Origin: a virus
Lineage: Duplodnaviria > Caudoviricetes
Strand: one strand, 5' to 3'
Virus record (IMG/VR): IMGVR_UViG_2923649072_000003
Span: 21,280-85,279 of that record
Length of the DNA: 64,000 nt
A model generated the notes under the pieces. The model was not told the DNA's origin. It saw only the letters and a program-made list of their open reading frames with translations, and searched no databases. The stretch's first letter is position 1; each line of letters begins with the position of its first letter. Of the stretch, positions 18,318-26,829 are shown in pieces. The position numbers were made by a program, and so were the translations under genes.

Positions 18318-18746
18318 ATGAGCGAGACCAGCACCCAGCCGACCGTCACGCCCGCAGCCCGCATGCTGCTCGACCGTTCACGCGGAAGCCTCACACAGGC
18401 CTGCAGTTCACGAGTCACGGCCGAGCGGTACGTCCAGGCCCACCTCGCGGCACTGCGTGCCGGGGTCGCGGTTCTCGCAGGGGTGAGCAATCCCGGCCAG
18501 CGGGGAGTCAGCGTCTGGGAGAGCTTGTCCAGCTACGTTCCCAGTCTGGCCAAATGGGCGGCCTACTTCGCGTCCACGGGGCAACGCCGCGCCGCTGTCG
18601 AAGCTGGCCGCACCGACACCGTGTCCGCCCGCGAGGCCCACGACCTGCTCCGTGACGCCGAAGCGTTCTACCACCTGGTCGAGTCCATGCTCGGTCTGCC
18701 CTACCAGCAGGTGCTTCCGGCGACACTGCCGGCCATCGAAGACTGA
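18318..18746 (+). CDS. SAV_6107-like HEPN-domain protein
   Basis: RYVQAHLAALRA...SVW...WAAYFA...RAAVEAG...REAHDLLRDAEAF. Confidence 0.8.
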   Translation: MSETSTQPTVTPAARMLLDRSRGSLTQACSSRVTAERYVQAHLAALRAGVAVLAGVSNPGQRGVSVWESLSSYVPSLAKWAAYFASTGQRRAAVEAGRTDTVSAREAHDLLRDAEAFYHLVESMLGLPYQQVLPATLPAIED

Positions 18747-18761
18747 TCCTGAGGGGGAGAC

Positions 18762-18956
18762 ATGGCGCAGATGATCGTGAAGGCCGAGCTGTCGCGAGTG
18801 GACGAGAACGGCGTCCCGCACTACGCGGTCTTCATGTGGCAGAAGTCCGACGGAACGAACGTCGGCTGGTGCTCGAATCAGGCCGGTGACGCGCTGAAAG
18901 GCATGTGCCCGGCCGGAGGTGGCTGGCACATCACGAGCTACTACAACAACTACTGA
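18762..18956 (+). CDS. Hypothetical protein
   Basis: GAGGGGGAG RBS. Confidence 0.55.
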   Translation: MAQMIVKAELSRVDENGVPHYAVFMWQKSDGTNVGWCSNQAGDALKGMCPAGGGWHITSYYNNY

Positions 18957-18990
18957 CCACCCCGGAACGCCGACCGCACAGGAGAAACCG

Positions 18991-19233
18991 ATGAGCAGCA
19001 TCCCGCAGTACGCGTTCTGTGAGTCCGTGTACGCCGGACCGCAAGCCGTCGAGCACATCCGCGTCGTGGGCCCGGAGGGACTCAAGATCGGGGGTGGCGT
19101 GAAGGGCCCGACTCTCTGTGGGCGCACCTGGCCGAACGGCTGGGATGTTGCCGGAGAAGTAAACGCCGAGAACGTGTTCAACGACCACACGTGCCGCAAG
19201 TGCGCCGAGCAGTCCATGTACAACCAGGCTTAG
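18991..19233 (+). CDS. Small zinc-binding phage protein
   Basis: AGGAG RBS; H...TLCG...TCRKC. Confidence 0.6.
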   Translation: MSSIPQYAFCESVYAGPQAVEHIRVVGPEGLKIGGGVKGPTLCGRTWPNGWDVAGEVNAENVFNDHTCRKCAEQSMYNQA

Positions 19234-19242
19234 GAGAAACCG

Positions 19243-19512
19243 ATGAGCACGAAGACCCGCCCGTGGGAGCAGATCGACGTCCGGACGATGGGCGAGGCCG
19301 CGAAGACCGAAGCGCCGGAACCGTTCGCGTTCCTCTGGCGCGGCCGGCTCTACATCGTCCGGGAAGTCATTGGCACCTGGACCGAACCGCACATGGACGG
19401 CGCCACGGTCTACAGAGTCACCGCTTCCACTGGACGCGGATACGGCGATGCCGTCTACGACATCCGTCTGCACGCCGGGCTGTGGGCCATCCAGCAGGTA
19501 CGCGACTACTGA
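19243..19512 (+). CDS. DUF6504-like protein
   Basis: PFAFLWRGRLYIVREVIGTW...YRVTA...VYDI...W. Confidence 0.75.
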   Translation: MSTKTRPWEQIDVRTMGEAAKTEAPEPFAFLWRGRLYIVREVIGTWTEPHMDGATVYRVTASTGRGYGDAVYDIRLHAGLWAIQQVRDY

Positions 19513-19540
19513 CTGCACGAGAAGCCAGCAGGAGGAAGAC

Positions 19541-19753
19541 ATGTCTCGGTGGAACGACACTCGCATTGACGACCTCAAGACCGACAGCACACTCGTCAGA
19601 GCCACAGGCAACGGCCGGATTGAGTTTCGCCTGTACGACCCGAACGGCTTTGGCGCCTATGCCCCTGCCTCCTTCTCCAAGGAGGAGGCCGAAGAGCTCC
19701 GCGACAACCTGGACAAGGCGCTGGCCCTCGACGTGAAGCAGGAGCAGAAGTGA
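19541..19753 (+). CDS. Hypothetical protein
   Basis: AGGAGG RBS. Confidence 0.55.
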   Translation: MSRWNDTRIDDLKTDSTLVRATGNGRIEFRLYDPNGFGAYAPASFSKEEAEELRDNLDKALALDVKQEQK

Positions 19754-20061
19754 CGGTCGAGATTCTCGGCATCCATTGCCCCGATTGTGGAACGCGTGAC
19801 CCGCTGAACTGGTCCTGCTCGCCAGGCATCCCGGACTACTGCCTCGGGTGCGACGATCGGGGACCCGAACTGGTGGATGGCTGCGAGGCGATGTGCACAC
19901 ACGGGACGGTCGACGACCGCCCGCGCTACATATACGAAGCCGATGAGTTCCGTGCGCTAACGGTCGGCATGAGCGTTCCCGCCCCGGAATCCATGTGGGC
20001 ACACCCGGACATGAAAGAGCTGGCCGTTCTGGCTGCCAACTACTACGAGGAGCAGTCGTGA
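19750..20061 (+). CDS. Cys-rich hypothetical protein
   Basis: CPDC and CLGC; coupled by overlap. Confidence 0.55.
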   Translation: MTVEILGIHCPDCGTRDPLNWSCSPGIPDYCLGCDDRGPELVDGCEAMCTHGTVDDRPRYIYEADEFRALTVGMSVPAPESMWAHPDMKELAVLAANYYEEQS

Positions 20062-20330
20062 CCGAGATCCCGGACGCCGCAGTCGAAGCGGCCTTCCCAC
20101 ACATCAAGGGCTTGGCCGGAACTAGGGAGCGCGAGAACGCCCGTGCAAGCCTTGAGGCCGCCTACCCGCACCTGGTGGCCGCCGCCAAGCGTGAGGTGCT
20201 GGCCGAGCTGCGGGAGCGACTGGAGACGGAGCTGTGTGATTACGTCGAGAACACGCGGCTGAACCGTGTGACCAAAGGGATCGAAATTGCGCTCTCGTTC
20301 ATCGGGGACGCGGAGAGGGAGCTGGCATGA
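20058..20330 (+). CDS. Phage-type hypothetical protein
   Basis: GTGA overlap; EIPDAAVEAA...SLEAAYP. Confidence 0.6.
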   Translation: MTEIPDAAVEAAFPHIKGLAGTRERENARASLEAAYPHLVAAAKREVLAELRERLETELCDYVENTRLNRVTKGIEIALSFIGDAERELA

Positions 20331-20593
20331 AGGCGCTAATCCTGGTCGCCCAGGTGGTAGACGACACCGGCAACGAGTGGACCGAGGCGCTGGCAATCGC
20401 CGACGAGGGGAAGCAACGACGTATCCCCGGCCATCTTCGGACGATGCTGGACTTCGCCCGCGACGACTACGAGCAGGTCCACTACGGCTACATCGACATC
20501 GAGATCCCCGACGAAGTGATTGCTTCCGTCCTACGGCAGTACGCGGACGCCGGAATGGTGGACGCGCGGCCGGCAGTCGAGGAGGCGCGGTGA
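20327..20593 (+). CDS. Hypothetical protein
   Basis: ATGA overlap; RBS. Confidence 0.55.
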   Translation: MKALILVAQVVDDTGNEWTEALAIADEGKQRRIPGHLRTMLDFARDDYEQVHYGYIDIEIPDEVIASVLRQYADAGMVDARPAVEEAR

Positions 20594-20733
20594 AGGACAC
20601 GACACCGGAAGTCATCTGGACCGAAGAGCAGGAACTCTCCGGTGATGGCACGGCCGCCGAGGCCCTCAAGATGCTCGCTGTCGGCGTCCGCACTGAATGG
20701 ATCGAGGGCGTCACCCCGACGGGCGTCTGGTGA
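20590..20733 (+). CDS. Hypothetical protein
   Basis: GGAGG RBS; GTGA overlap. Confidence 0.45.
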   Translation: MKDTTPEVIWTEEQELSGDGTAAEALKMLAVGVRTEWIEGVTPTGVW

Positions 20734-20823
20734 GGGCGTGAACGCCGCCGAGCACAAGGCAAAGGGGTACACGTGGTGCCCGTCGTGCGGCGAGCTGGTG
20801 CCGGATCATCACCGGTGCAGCTC

Positions 20824-21135
20824 GTGAAGGTCTACACCCCCGCCGACCCTGCACCCGCCGTCGCTGCGGGCGCTCTCGCTGTCGTGCACTGGGGCGACTA
20901 CCGCCGCCAGGAAGTATGGGTGGCCAGCGGCGCGAACGTGGGAAACTGGTACCCGCTCGGGAACGAGTTCCACCGCACCCCTGCCAAGAACCATCCCGTC
21001 TGGGATGACGTCGTCGCCCGCGGCCCAGTGGTTCTCGTTGCGCCAGGGGATAATGCGGGTTACCAGCAGGGCTGGGTCGACGGGCGCCGCCGATTGGCCG
21101 CTCAAGTCGAAGAACTGGCGGAGGAGGAAAGCTGA
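20824..21135 (+). CDS. Hypothetical protein
   Basis: VKVYTPADP...; follows a tiny CPSC-containing ORF at 20738-20827. Confidence 0.55.
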   Translation: MKVYTPADPAPAVAAGALAVVHWGDYRRQEVWVASGANVGNWYPLGNEFHRTPAKNHPVWDDVVARGPVVLVAPGDNAGYQQGWVDGRRRLAAQVEELAEEES

Positions 21136-21317
21136 TGGACTATGCCGACATCAGTCTGAGCTATTTCGAGGTCGACTGCGACGGGAGTGCCTGTGGTTCA
21201 GGGAATGTGGGGGAGCACCTGCATCCGGCCCAGTTCGGCGCCCCACCGATCGCTCGCGTGATCTTCCGGAAGGGTGAGCGCGTCCGATACGAGGGGGCCC
21301 GATGGTCCGCGGCGTGA
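21135..21317 (+). CDS. Hypothetical protein
   Basis: GGAGGA RBS; last gene before the terminator. Confidence 0.5.
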   Translation: MDYADISLSYFEVDCDGSACGSGNVGEHLHPAQFGAPPIARVIFRKGERVRYEGARWSAA

Positions 21318-21328
21318 CCGCAACACAG

Positions 21329-21365
21329 TGAAGCCCCCACCTCGACCCGCGAGGTGGGGGCTTCA
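21329..21365. terminator. Hairpin terminator between convergent genes
   Basis: 16-bp perfect inverted repeat TGAAGCCCCCACCTCG. Confidence 0.8.
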
Positions 21366-21377
21366 GTACGTTCTGGG

Positions 21378-22079
21378 CTAGCGGACGGCGAGCGTTCCCT
21401 GCTGTTCGCGCATGAGTCGCTTGTGGAGCTCCGCCAGTCCCTTCCCGGTGACACGGGCCGTGGTCGACAGCTCAGGCTCGCCGGTCTTCGGGTGGTCGAA
21501 CACGCCGACCTTCGCCGCGAGCCGACCATTTTCGATCTCCCGCTGGTACGGGTGGCCGGTCCGGTCGACCCACTTGATCTGCCGCAGGTACGCCATCAAC
21601 CGGTTCCGGCCGGTGATGACACCGCCACGGTTCAGAGCCTTCGCTGCGTCGCCTAGAGCCAGGTCGGAGCCGGCTGCGATCATCCGCTGAGCGATCACCG
21701 CGAGGGGCTCGAGCGCCGCGACTTTCGCGGTGGCCTCGATCGCCTTCGTCTCGGCGACATCGGCTCGGAGCTCAGCGGCCTCCCGGGCTTCTGCTTCGGC
21801 GATCACCATGAGGGCGAGGGCCTTGCGGTCGACCTGCGTCACGTCGACCTCGGCCGGCTGGCGTTGGGTCGGGATCTGGCCGCGACGGAGGCTGGGAAGG
21901 ACCTCGCCAAAGACCCACTTCTGAAAGCCCTCGACGGTGGCGCGAGTGTTTAGATCCTTCACTCGGTTGCTCTGCCTCTGACCAAGTACCCGATAGAAGC
22001 CGGGTTCGGTGATGTACCAAACACGCTGGTCGCCACCGGGGGTGGGAGCTGTCTCCCATCCCTTGTCCTCGTCGGGGAA
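21378..22079 (-). pseudogene. 5'-truncated phage antirepressor (partial BRO-N plus ANT/KilAC)
   Basis: Frame is open to 22079: TPGGDQRVWYITEPGFY...FQKWVFGEVLPSLRR, GRNRL, PYQR, TTARVTGKG; in-frame stop at 22080-22082 and no start for the BRO N-terminus. Confidence 0.75.
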
Positions 22080-22254
22080 CTACAACTCCGAAGACCTCGA
22101 CGAGATCTACGCCCACTGGCGCAACCGCTTCGACTGGCCAGGCAAGTTCGCCCAGAGCCTCGGCATCAGCATCAGCGGCTTCCTCGGCTCCAACGGCCTC
22201 GACCTCGGCCTGTACACCGAGGATGAGGATCCAGACTTCGACATGTACGCCTAG
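22075..22254 (+). pseudogene. C-terminal remnant of an unknown gene
   Basis: Typical codon usage (GNYNSEDLDEIYAHW...) begins abruptly at the antirepressor junction. Confidence 0.45.
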
Positions 22255-22266
22255 GAGGACCGCAGG

Positions 22267-22689
22267 ATGACCGAAGATCGACACCTACCCTCCGCGCCCA
22301 CACTGCGGCTCGCGGAAGCTCTGCCCTCGCCCCTTGCCGAAGACGCACCGAACCCCATGCCAACGGCGACCCGCGCGGTCCCGGCACAAAGGGGCAAGCG
22401 GCGGGATAATCCCGTGCGCATCATCAAGGTGCCACCGGGCCTTACATGCTTCCGCTGCGACGAGCCGGCCGAGTTCCGCATTCTCGTCGACGGCGAGCCC
22501 AGGGCCTCGGTTTGTCAGCACCACAAGACGAACGAGTATTTCCGGATGCGCCGTGCGTTGGGGTTCACGGTCTCGAAGCCTGGAACCAGGCAACGTCGAC
22601 CGCGCCCTACCTCTACCGACTCCCGGGGAGGTTCGGAGCGGTTGGGCGCTCTCTCGCTCGCTCCGCCGACCTTGAAAGCCGACGGCTAG
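22267..22689 (+). CDS. Hypothetical protein with zinc-finger motif
   Basis: AGGAGG RBS; CFRC...CQHH. Confidence 0.55.
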   Translation: MTEDRHLPSAPTLRLAEALPSPLAEDAPNPMPTATRAVPAQRGKRRDNPVRIIKVPPGLTCFRCDEPAEFRILVDGEPRASVCQHHKTNEYFRMRRALGFTVSKPGTRQRRPRPTSTDSRGGSERLGALSLAPPTLKADG

Positions 22690-22712
22690 GCAGGGTGCGA
22701 CCCGTCGTGGAG

Positions 22713-23030
22713 CTAACTGTCGACCGACGGCGCGAACATATCCGGCGGCCACACGTCCACGACGATGTCGATGAGCTGCACCTCGCCGTGCTCCTCGGAC
22801 CACTGGCCGACAACGGACCACGCGCCGAGTGAGCCGGCGCCGGGGAGGAAACGGTACTCGGGGAGCTCCGAGTACAGGTTCGCCATGTGCCCCCAGGCGA
22901 GCGCGACGGCCTTGAGGATGTCGCCGAGCTCGTACGCCGCGAACTGGTGCCAGTTCGGTTCCTGCGTGGCGGGGAGGGCGCGTTCGAGGGCTTCCCAGAA
23001 GGCGGGGGTGGTGACGACCCGGGACTTCAC
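22713..23030 (-). CDS. Possible RelE/ParE-fold toxin
   Basis: 105 aa; RVVTTPAF...YRFL...WSVVG...EVQLIDI layout; GTG overlaps the upstream stop. Confidence 0.4.
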   Translation of the reverse strand: MKSRVVTTPAFWEALERALPATQEPNWHQFAAYELGDILKAVALAWGHMANLYSELPEYRFLPGAGSLGAWSVVGQWSEEHGEVQLIDIVVDVWPPDMFAPSVDS

Positions 23031-23239
23031 GACGCGGCGCGGTCCTGACGGCGGTTGCGGAGGGCCTGGGCCTGGTGCTGGAAGATCGACCGGTGGGGTT
23101 CGGGCATGCGGTCGATCTCTTCGACGGACCGCACGGCAGAGTCGGCGAAGTAGGCGGCGCGCTCGTCGGCGGTGAGCTGGTCGAGCTGAGCCGGCGTCAG
23201 GAACCGTCCGGTCTGCTGCCACGTCTGGATCTGGTCCAT
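23027..23239 (-). CDS. Small protein, possible antitoxin
   Basis: GGAGG RBS; 70 aa; coupled to the downstream gene. Confidence 0.45.
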   Translation of the reverse strand: MDQIQTWQQTGRFLTPAQLDQLTADERAAYFADSAVRSVEEIDRMPEPHRSIFQHQAQALRNRRQDRAAS

Positions 23240-23324
23240 GCTTCCTCCCCTGGTCACCCTGGATACGGTACCTCTGCCCGCGCGCCTAGGTCACCGAATC
23301 GGGATCGGTGGGCACACTCCGTAC

Positions 23325-23564
23325 ATGAAGTGGGGGACCGGCGGGCTCGAAGGAATCCATCGTCATGCTGCTGCGGCGGCGGAGAAGGGCAACTTCGTTC
23401 ATGTGATCAAGCTGGCGGCCAAGTTGGGCGTCGCGGATCCGGACGGCTGGGCTGACGAGATCGCCGCAGTGGAGTCGGCCGGCTGGGTGCTCACGCACTG
23501 GTCGGTGGTGTTCGAGCCGGAGTTCAATCGGTACGTGGCGTGGCCCGTGTTCCATCGCCGCTGA
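23325..23564 (+). CDS. Hypothetical protein
   Basis: Probable leaderless start; IAAVESAGWVLTHWS. Confidence 0.55.
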   Translation: MKWGTGGLEGIHRHAAAAAEKGNFVHVIKLAAKLGVADPDGWADEIAAVESAGWVLTHWSVVFEPEFNRYVAWPVFHRR

Positions 23565-23573
23565 AAGATCCCA

Positions 23574-23777
23574 CTACCCGAGCAGCAGTAGAACGACGAT
23601 CGCCACGAAGATCAGCGCCGCGATGATGTAAGGCAGGATCTGGAACACGAACTGGATGGTCGCCAGGATGTACGCCACCCTCGACCATCGGTTCGCGGAC
23701 GACGCTTGTCGGTAGGCCTCGTCAAGGTGCGCCTGGATCTCGGCCTGTGATTGCGCGTCATCGGCCGGCTGGGTCAC
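23574..23777 (-). CDS. Small membrane protein
   Basis: Long C-terminal hydrophobic segment. Confidence 0.55.
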   Translation of the reverse strand: MTQPADDAQSQAEIQAHLDEAYRQASSANRWSRVAYILATIQFVFQILPYIIAALIFVAIVVLLLLG

Positions 23778-24499
23778 ATCCGGACCTTGACCTTCACTGC
23801 CTTCGAGTAGCCGACCTTGGAGATTCCGTCACCGGGGACCCTGACGCGCATCTCGAGAGCACCCGCGTACTTCGAGTAGAACGGTTCGCGGTAGCAACCG
23901 GTGCCGTCGGTGTAGGCATACATCAGGCGCTTCCAGGGCCGACCCTTCCAGTGGTACTCGATCGCGACCTGGCGGTAGGCCTGGCGCTTGCTGTGGGCGG
24001 TGACGCATCCGCGAATGTTGGTGGTCTGGTTGGTCTTCAGCGTGGCGTCGCCGACCTTGACGGTGGCGCGGGTGGTTGCCTTGCGGATGGTGAAGGTCAG
24101 GAGGGACTCATCGGTGGTGACGTCCCCGTAGTTCTCGTCTTTGACGTCGACGATGACGGTCGCCGTGTACCGGCCGGGTAGGTCTTGCTCGCACCACTGG
24201 ATGCCCGTGGTGCCCTTCGCCGGGCCGGTGTCGTAGTCGAATCCGCCGCTGTAAAAGTCGGATTGGACGTCGATGGTCCAGTTGTAGTCGGCTGGCATCC
24301 GTGACAGGTCGTAGTGGATGGGGATGTTGATGCACGAGCTGGTCGTGATGACGACTTCGGGCATGTAGACGCGTCCGCCGTACACGTCGCCACTGTCGGC
24401 GCGCGCAGGGGTGGCGGTCAAAGCCCCTGCCGCACAGAGCGTTACGGCCAAACCTAAGCGTTGAGCCGTTCGGATGGGCGTGCGGAATCGACTCAACAT
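23774..24499 (-). CDS. Secreted beta-rich (Ig-like) protein
   Basis: Signal peptide ending ARA; beta-sandwich-like sequence. Confidence 0.65.
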   Translation of the reverse strand: MLSRFRTPIRTAQRLGLAVTLCAAGALTATPARADSGDVYGGRVYMPEVVITTSSCINIPIHYDLSRMPADYNWTIDVQSDFYSGGFDYDTGPAKGTTGIQWCEQDLPGRYTATVIVDVKDENYGDVTTDESLLTFTIRKATTRATVKVGDATLKTNQTTNIRGCVTAHSKRQAYRQVAIEYHWKGRPWKRLMYAYTDGTGCYREPFYSKYAGALEMRVRVPGDGISKVGYSKAVKVKVRM

Positions 24500-24524
24500 C
24501 TGGTCCCCCCGGCCGATGTTCATG

Positions 24525-24597
24525 GTGTCAAGGGCTCGCCCCCGACTCCCCACAAGGTGTTAGCGCACCGAGCGGATCGAGGCCAGGGACGAGCTGC
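24525..24597 (+). ncRNA. Candidate structured cis-regulatory leader, copy 2
   Basis: AAGGGCTCGCCCC...GGTGTTAGCGCACC...GGGACGAGCTG, homologous to 15657-15727. Confidence 0.45.
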
Positions 24598-24626
24598 CAA
24601 GCACCTGCCGTTAACAGGAGCTCAGC

Positions 24627-25163
24627 ATGAGTGACTTTGTCACCCCTCCCGTGACCACACCGGGAGCGACCCGCACCACGAACACCCGACCCGGCCGCGG
24701 CTACGAGGCCCAGCCGCCCATCGTCCGGACGGCCAGCCGGAAGCGCACGATCCTCGCGACCCTGGGTGCCGCTGCGGCTCTCGCTGCGGGGACCATGGTG
24801 TTCGCTGGTGTCGGGCAGGCTCAGGCCGCCGTCGACACGATGCCGACCGTGCACGCCGAGCAGGGCCCGGTGCGCACGCCGTCCGGTCGTGTCCGGTGCA
24901 CGGGGCCGGGGGAGTGGCACGCGACCGCTTTCGTCCCGACGACCCGCCGCGAGCACGGCAAGCACTGGGCGCAGGTGTCGATCCAGTACCGCCACGGCGG
25001 CCGGGCGACGATCGCCGGCACCGCGAGCCGTACGAGCCGGGTCGTGCCGGTGACGTTCTGCATCACGCCCAGCAAGGTCCAGGGCGGGCACGGTCCGATC
25101 CGGGGTATCGCCACGGATCTCGTCGACGGCCGCTCCCGGTCCTTCCCGATCAGCTTCCGTTAA
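24627..25163 (+). CDS. Secreted protein
   Basis: AGGAG RBS; signal peptide RKRTILATLG...AQA. Confidence 0.65.
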   Translation: MSDFVTPPVTTPGATRTTNTRPGRGYEAQPPIVRTASRKRTILATLGAAAALAAGTMVFAGVGQAQAAVDTMPTVHAEQGPVRTPSGRVRCTGPGEWHATAFVPTTRREHGKHWAQVSIQYRHGGRATIAGTASRTSRVVPVTFCITPSKVQGGHGPIRGIATDLVDGRSRSFPISFR

Positions 25164-25262
25164 TTCCAAGTCTCGGCGTCGGGACTTGGGATTCCAGTCT
25201 TAAATTCCAAGTCCTGCGCCGGGCTTTCCTCCCCCATCAGACTTTCCGAAAGCAGGCGCATC

Positions 25263-25535
25263 ATGTCCAGTACCACGACCATGCTCGAGCTCCCGATGGA
25301 CCACGAGCAGATCCAGGCGATGCTGTCCCTCGCGATCGGCGCGCTCGGTGAATCCCGGCTCCTGATCGACACTCTCGGCCGCACCGGATACGCCGTCGAC
25401 CCCGAAAAGCTCCACCAGGCGCAGTACGGGCTCATGCAGATCCTCAACCACGTTCCCGACGGGCATCCGGCGCCGAAGCTGTCGCAGGTGCACGCCGCGC
25501 GGGTCGAGACCGCGATGACGGGGGTGACCCAGTGA
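25263..25535 (+). CDS. Hypothetical protein
   Basis: First gene of a coupled operon. Confidence 0.55.
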   Translation: MSSTTTMLELPMDHEQIQAMLSLAIGALGESRLLIDTLGRTGYAVDPEKLHQAQYGLMQILNHVPDGHPAPKLSQVHAARVETAMTGVTQ

Positions 25536-25969
25536 GGCGGAACCGGCGGGTCATGACGATCCCGTGCACGGTGAAACTCAGGCAGGCTCCGGCGCGGCAC
25601 ATGCAGCCGGTGATGTTCTCGTTCGATGCGGCCGAGCCGTTCGTCGTCCGGCTGGAAGTCCAGACGTCAGTGGAGGGAATCTTCGCGAAGTTCAATGTGT
25701 CACGGGAACTCCTGGCCAACGGATCGGGCGTGGCCGCGGGCGACCTGAAGCACCGGGTGTACCCGGATGACGGGCAGATCGTCATCAACCTGACCGACGA
25801 GAAGGGCACCATCACGTTCCGGGCCCTGCGCATCAACATCGACGCGTTCCTCGGGCAGACGTACCAGATCCGGCCCGTGCAGGCCGACGCCCCGTCCCTC
25901 GACGTCGACCCCAGTCTCGCGGCGGCTCTCGATGCGTGGATCGAGCACAGTCTGAAGGAGGCGTCGTGA
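25532..25969 (+). CDS. SsgA-like protein (SALP)
   Basis: FSFDAAEPFVVRL...FNVSRELLANG...AGD...IDAFLGQTYQIRP...SLDVD follows the SsgA pattern. Confidence 0.75.
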   Translation: MRRNRRVMTIPCTVKLRQAPARHMQPVMFSFDAAEPFVVRLEVQTSVEGIFAKFNVSRELLANGSGVAAGDLKHRVYPDDGQIVINLTDEKGTITFRALRINIDAFLGQTYQIRPVQADAPSLDVDPSLAAALDAWIEHSLKEAS

Positions 25970-26205
25970 GCATCTCTGGCGACCGTGAGCACCGGAAGGC
26001 CCTGACCTGCCAGCGGCGCAAGCTGCGGATCGTGCAGGGGCGCCGCGACCGGTGGATGCGTGACCTGCTGCGTCTGCCGGCTCGTGGGGATCGGACGTTC
26101 GCCGAGCAGGACTTGGCCGAATGGCTTCACGGGCAGTTGATGCAGGTCGACGCGAAGGCTGACCTGCTGGCCGCGGACCTGTACTCGATCGAGGAGGCAG
26201 CATGA
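25966..26205 (+). CDS. Hypothetical protein
   Basis: GGAGG RBS; GTGA overlap. Confidence 0.55.
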   Translation: MSISGDREHRKALTCQRRKLRIVQGRRDRWMRDLLRLPARGDRTFAEQDLAEWLHGQLMQVDAKADLLAADLYSIEEAA

Positions 26206-26426
26206 CCGCGCGCACCGAACACCTGCTGGTGATCGCTCGCCAGCGGCGGGAGCAGGTCGAGGCTGAGCTGTCCGCGCTGGACGCTCAGATCGACGAGTTG
26301 CAGGGTGGTCGGCCCGGGAGTTTCGTGATCGACGTGGAGAAGGCTCCGCCCGCGATGGAGGCGCTGCTCGCGGACCCGGTGGGGTTCCACCGTCGGGCGC
26401 TGGCCGAGCAGGGGGTGGAGGTCTGA
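26202..26426 (+). CDS. Hypothetical coiled-coil protein
   Basis: ATGA overlap. Confidence 0.55.
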   Translation: MTARTEHLLVIARQRREQVEAELSALDAQIDELQGGRPGSFVIDVEKAPPAMEALLADPVGFHRRALAEQGVEV

Positions 26427-26650
26427 TGGGCGCGGGGATGCTCGCGGTTCCTCGCCAGTGTCGTCAGGTGCAGGCTCCGGCGCCGACGTCCGATCACGCC
26501 CTGCGCGAGTACCTGGCGAAGCTGAGGAGGGAACGGAACCGGCTGCTGGATCAGGCGGACACTGCCCGCGTGAAGGCGTATGCGGCCGATCTGGCGGCTC
26601 TGGCTGTGGAGCGGGAGATCGCGCACGTGACGGATGGGTGGGCGTCGTGA
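26426..26650 (+). CDS. Hypothetical protein
   Basis: TGATG coupling. Confidence 0.5.
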   Translation: MGAGMLAVPRQCRQVQAPAPTSDHALREYLAKLRRERNRLLDQADTARVKAYAADLAALAVEREIAHVTDGWAS

Positions 26651-26829
26651 GCGCGGCGGGGGTCACTGAGGCCGACGAGATCCGCTTCAGCGTCCACGCG
26701 CCCCGCTCGACGTCGGATGCTCTGCTGGCTCTCGCGTCCCGGTGGGTGCAGGTGTCGTCGGAGCAGCGGTGGTCTGGTCGTGTCGTGGTCCGGGTGGGCC
26801 GGCTGCGGGTCGGGGTGGTGGTCGAGTGA
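26647..26829 (+). CDS. Hypothetical protein
   Basis: GTGA overlaps at both ends. Confidence 0.45.
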   Translation: MSAAGVTEADEIRFSVHAPRSTSDALLALASRWVQVSSEQRWSGRVVVRVGRLRVGVVVE

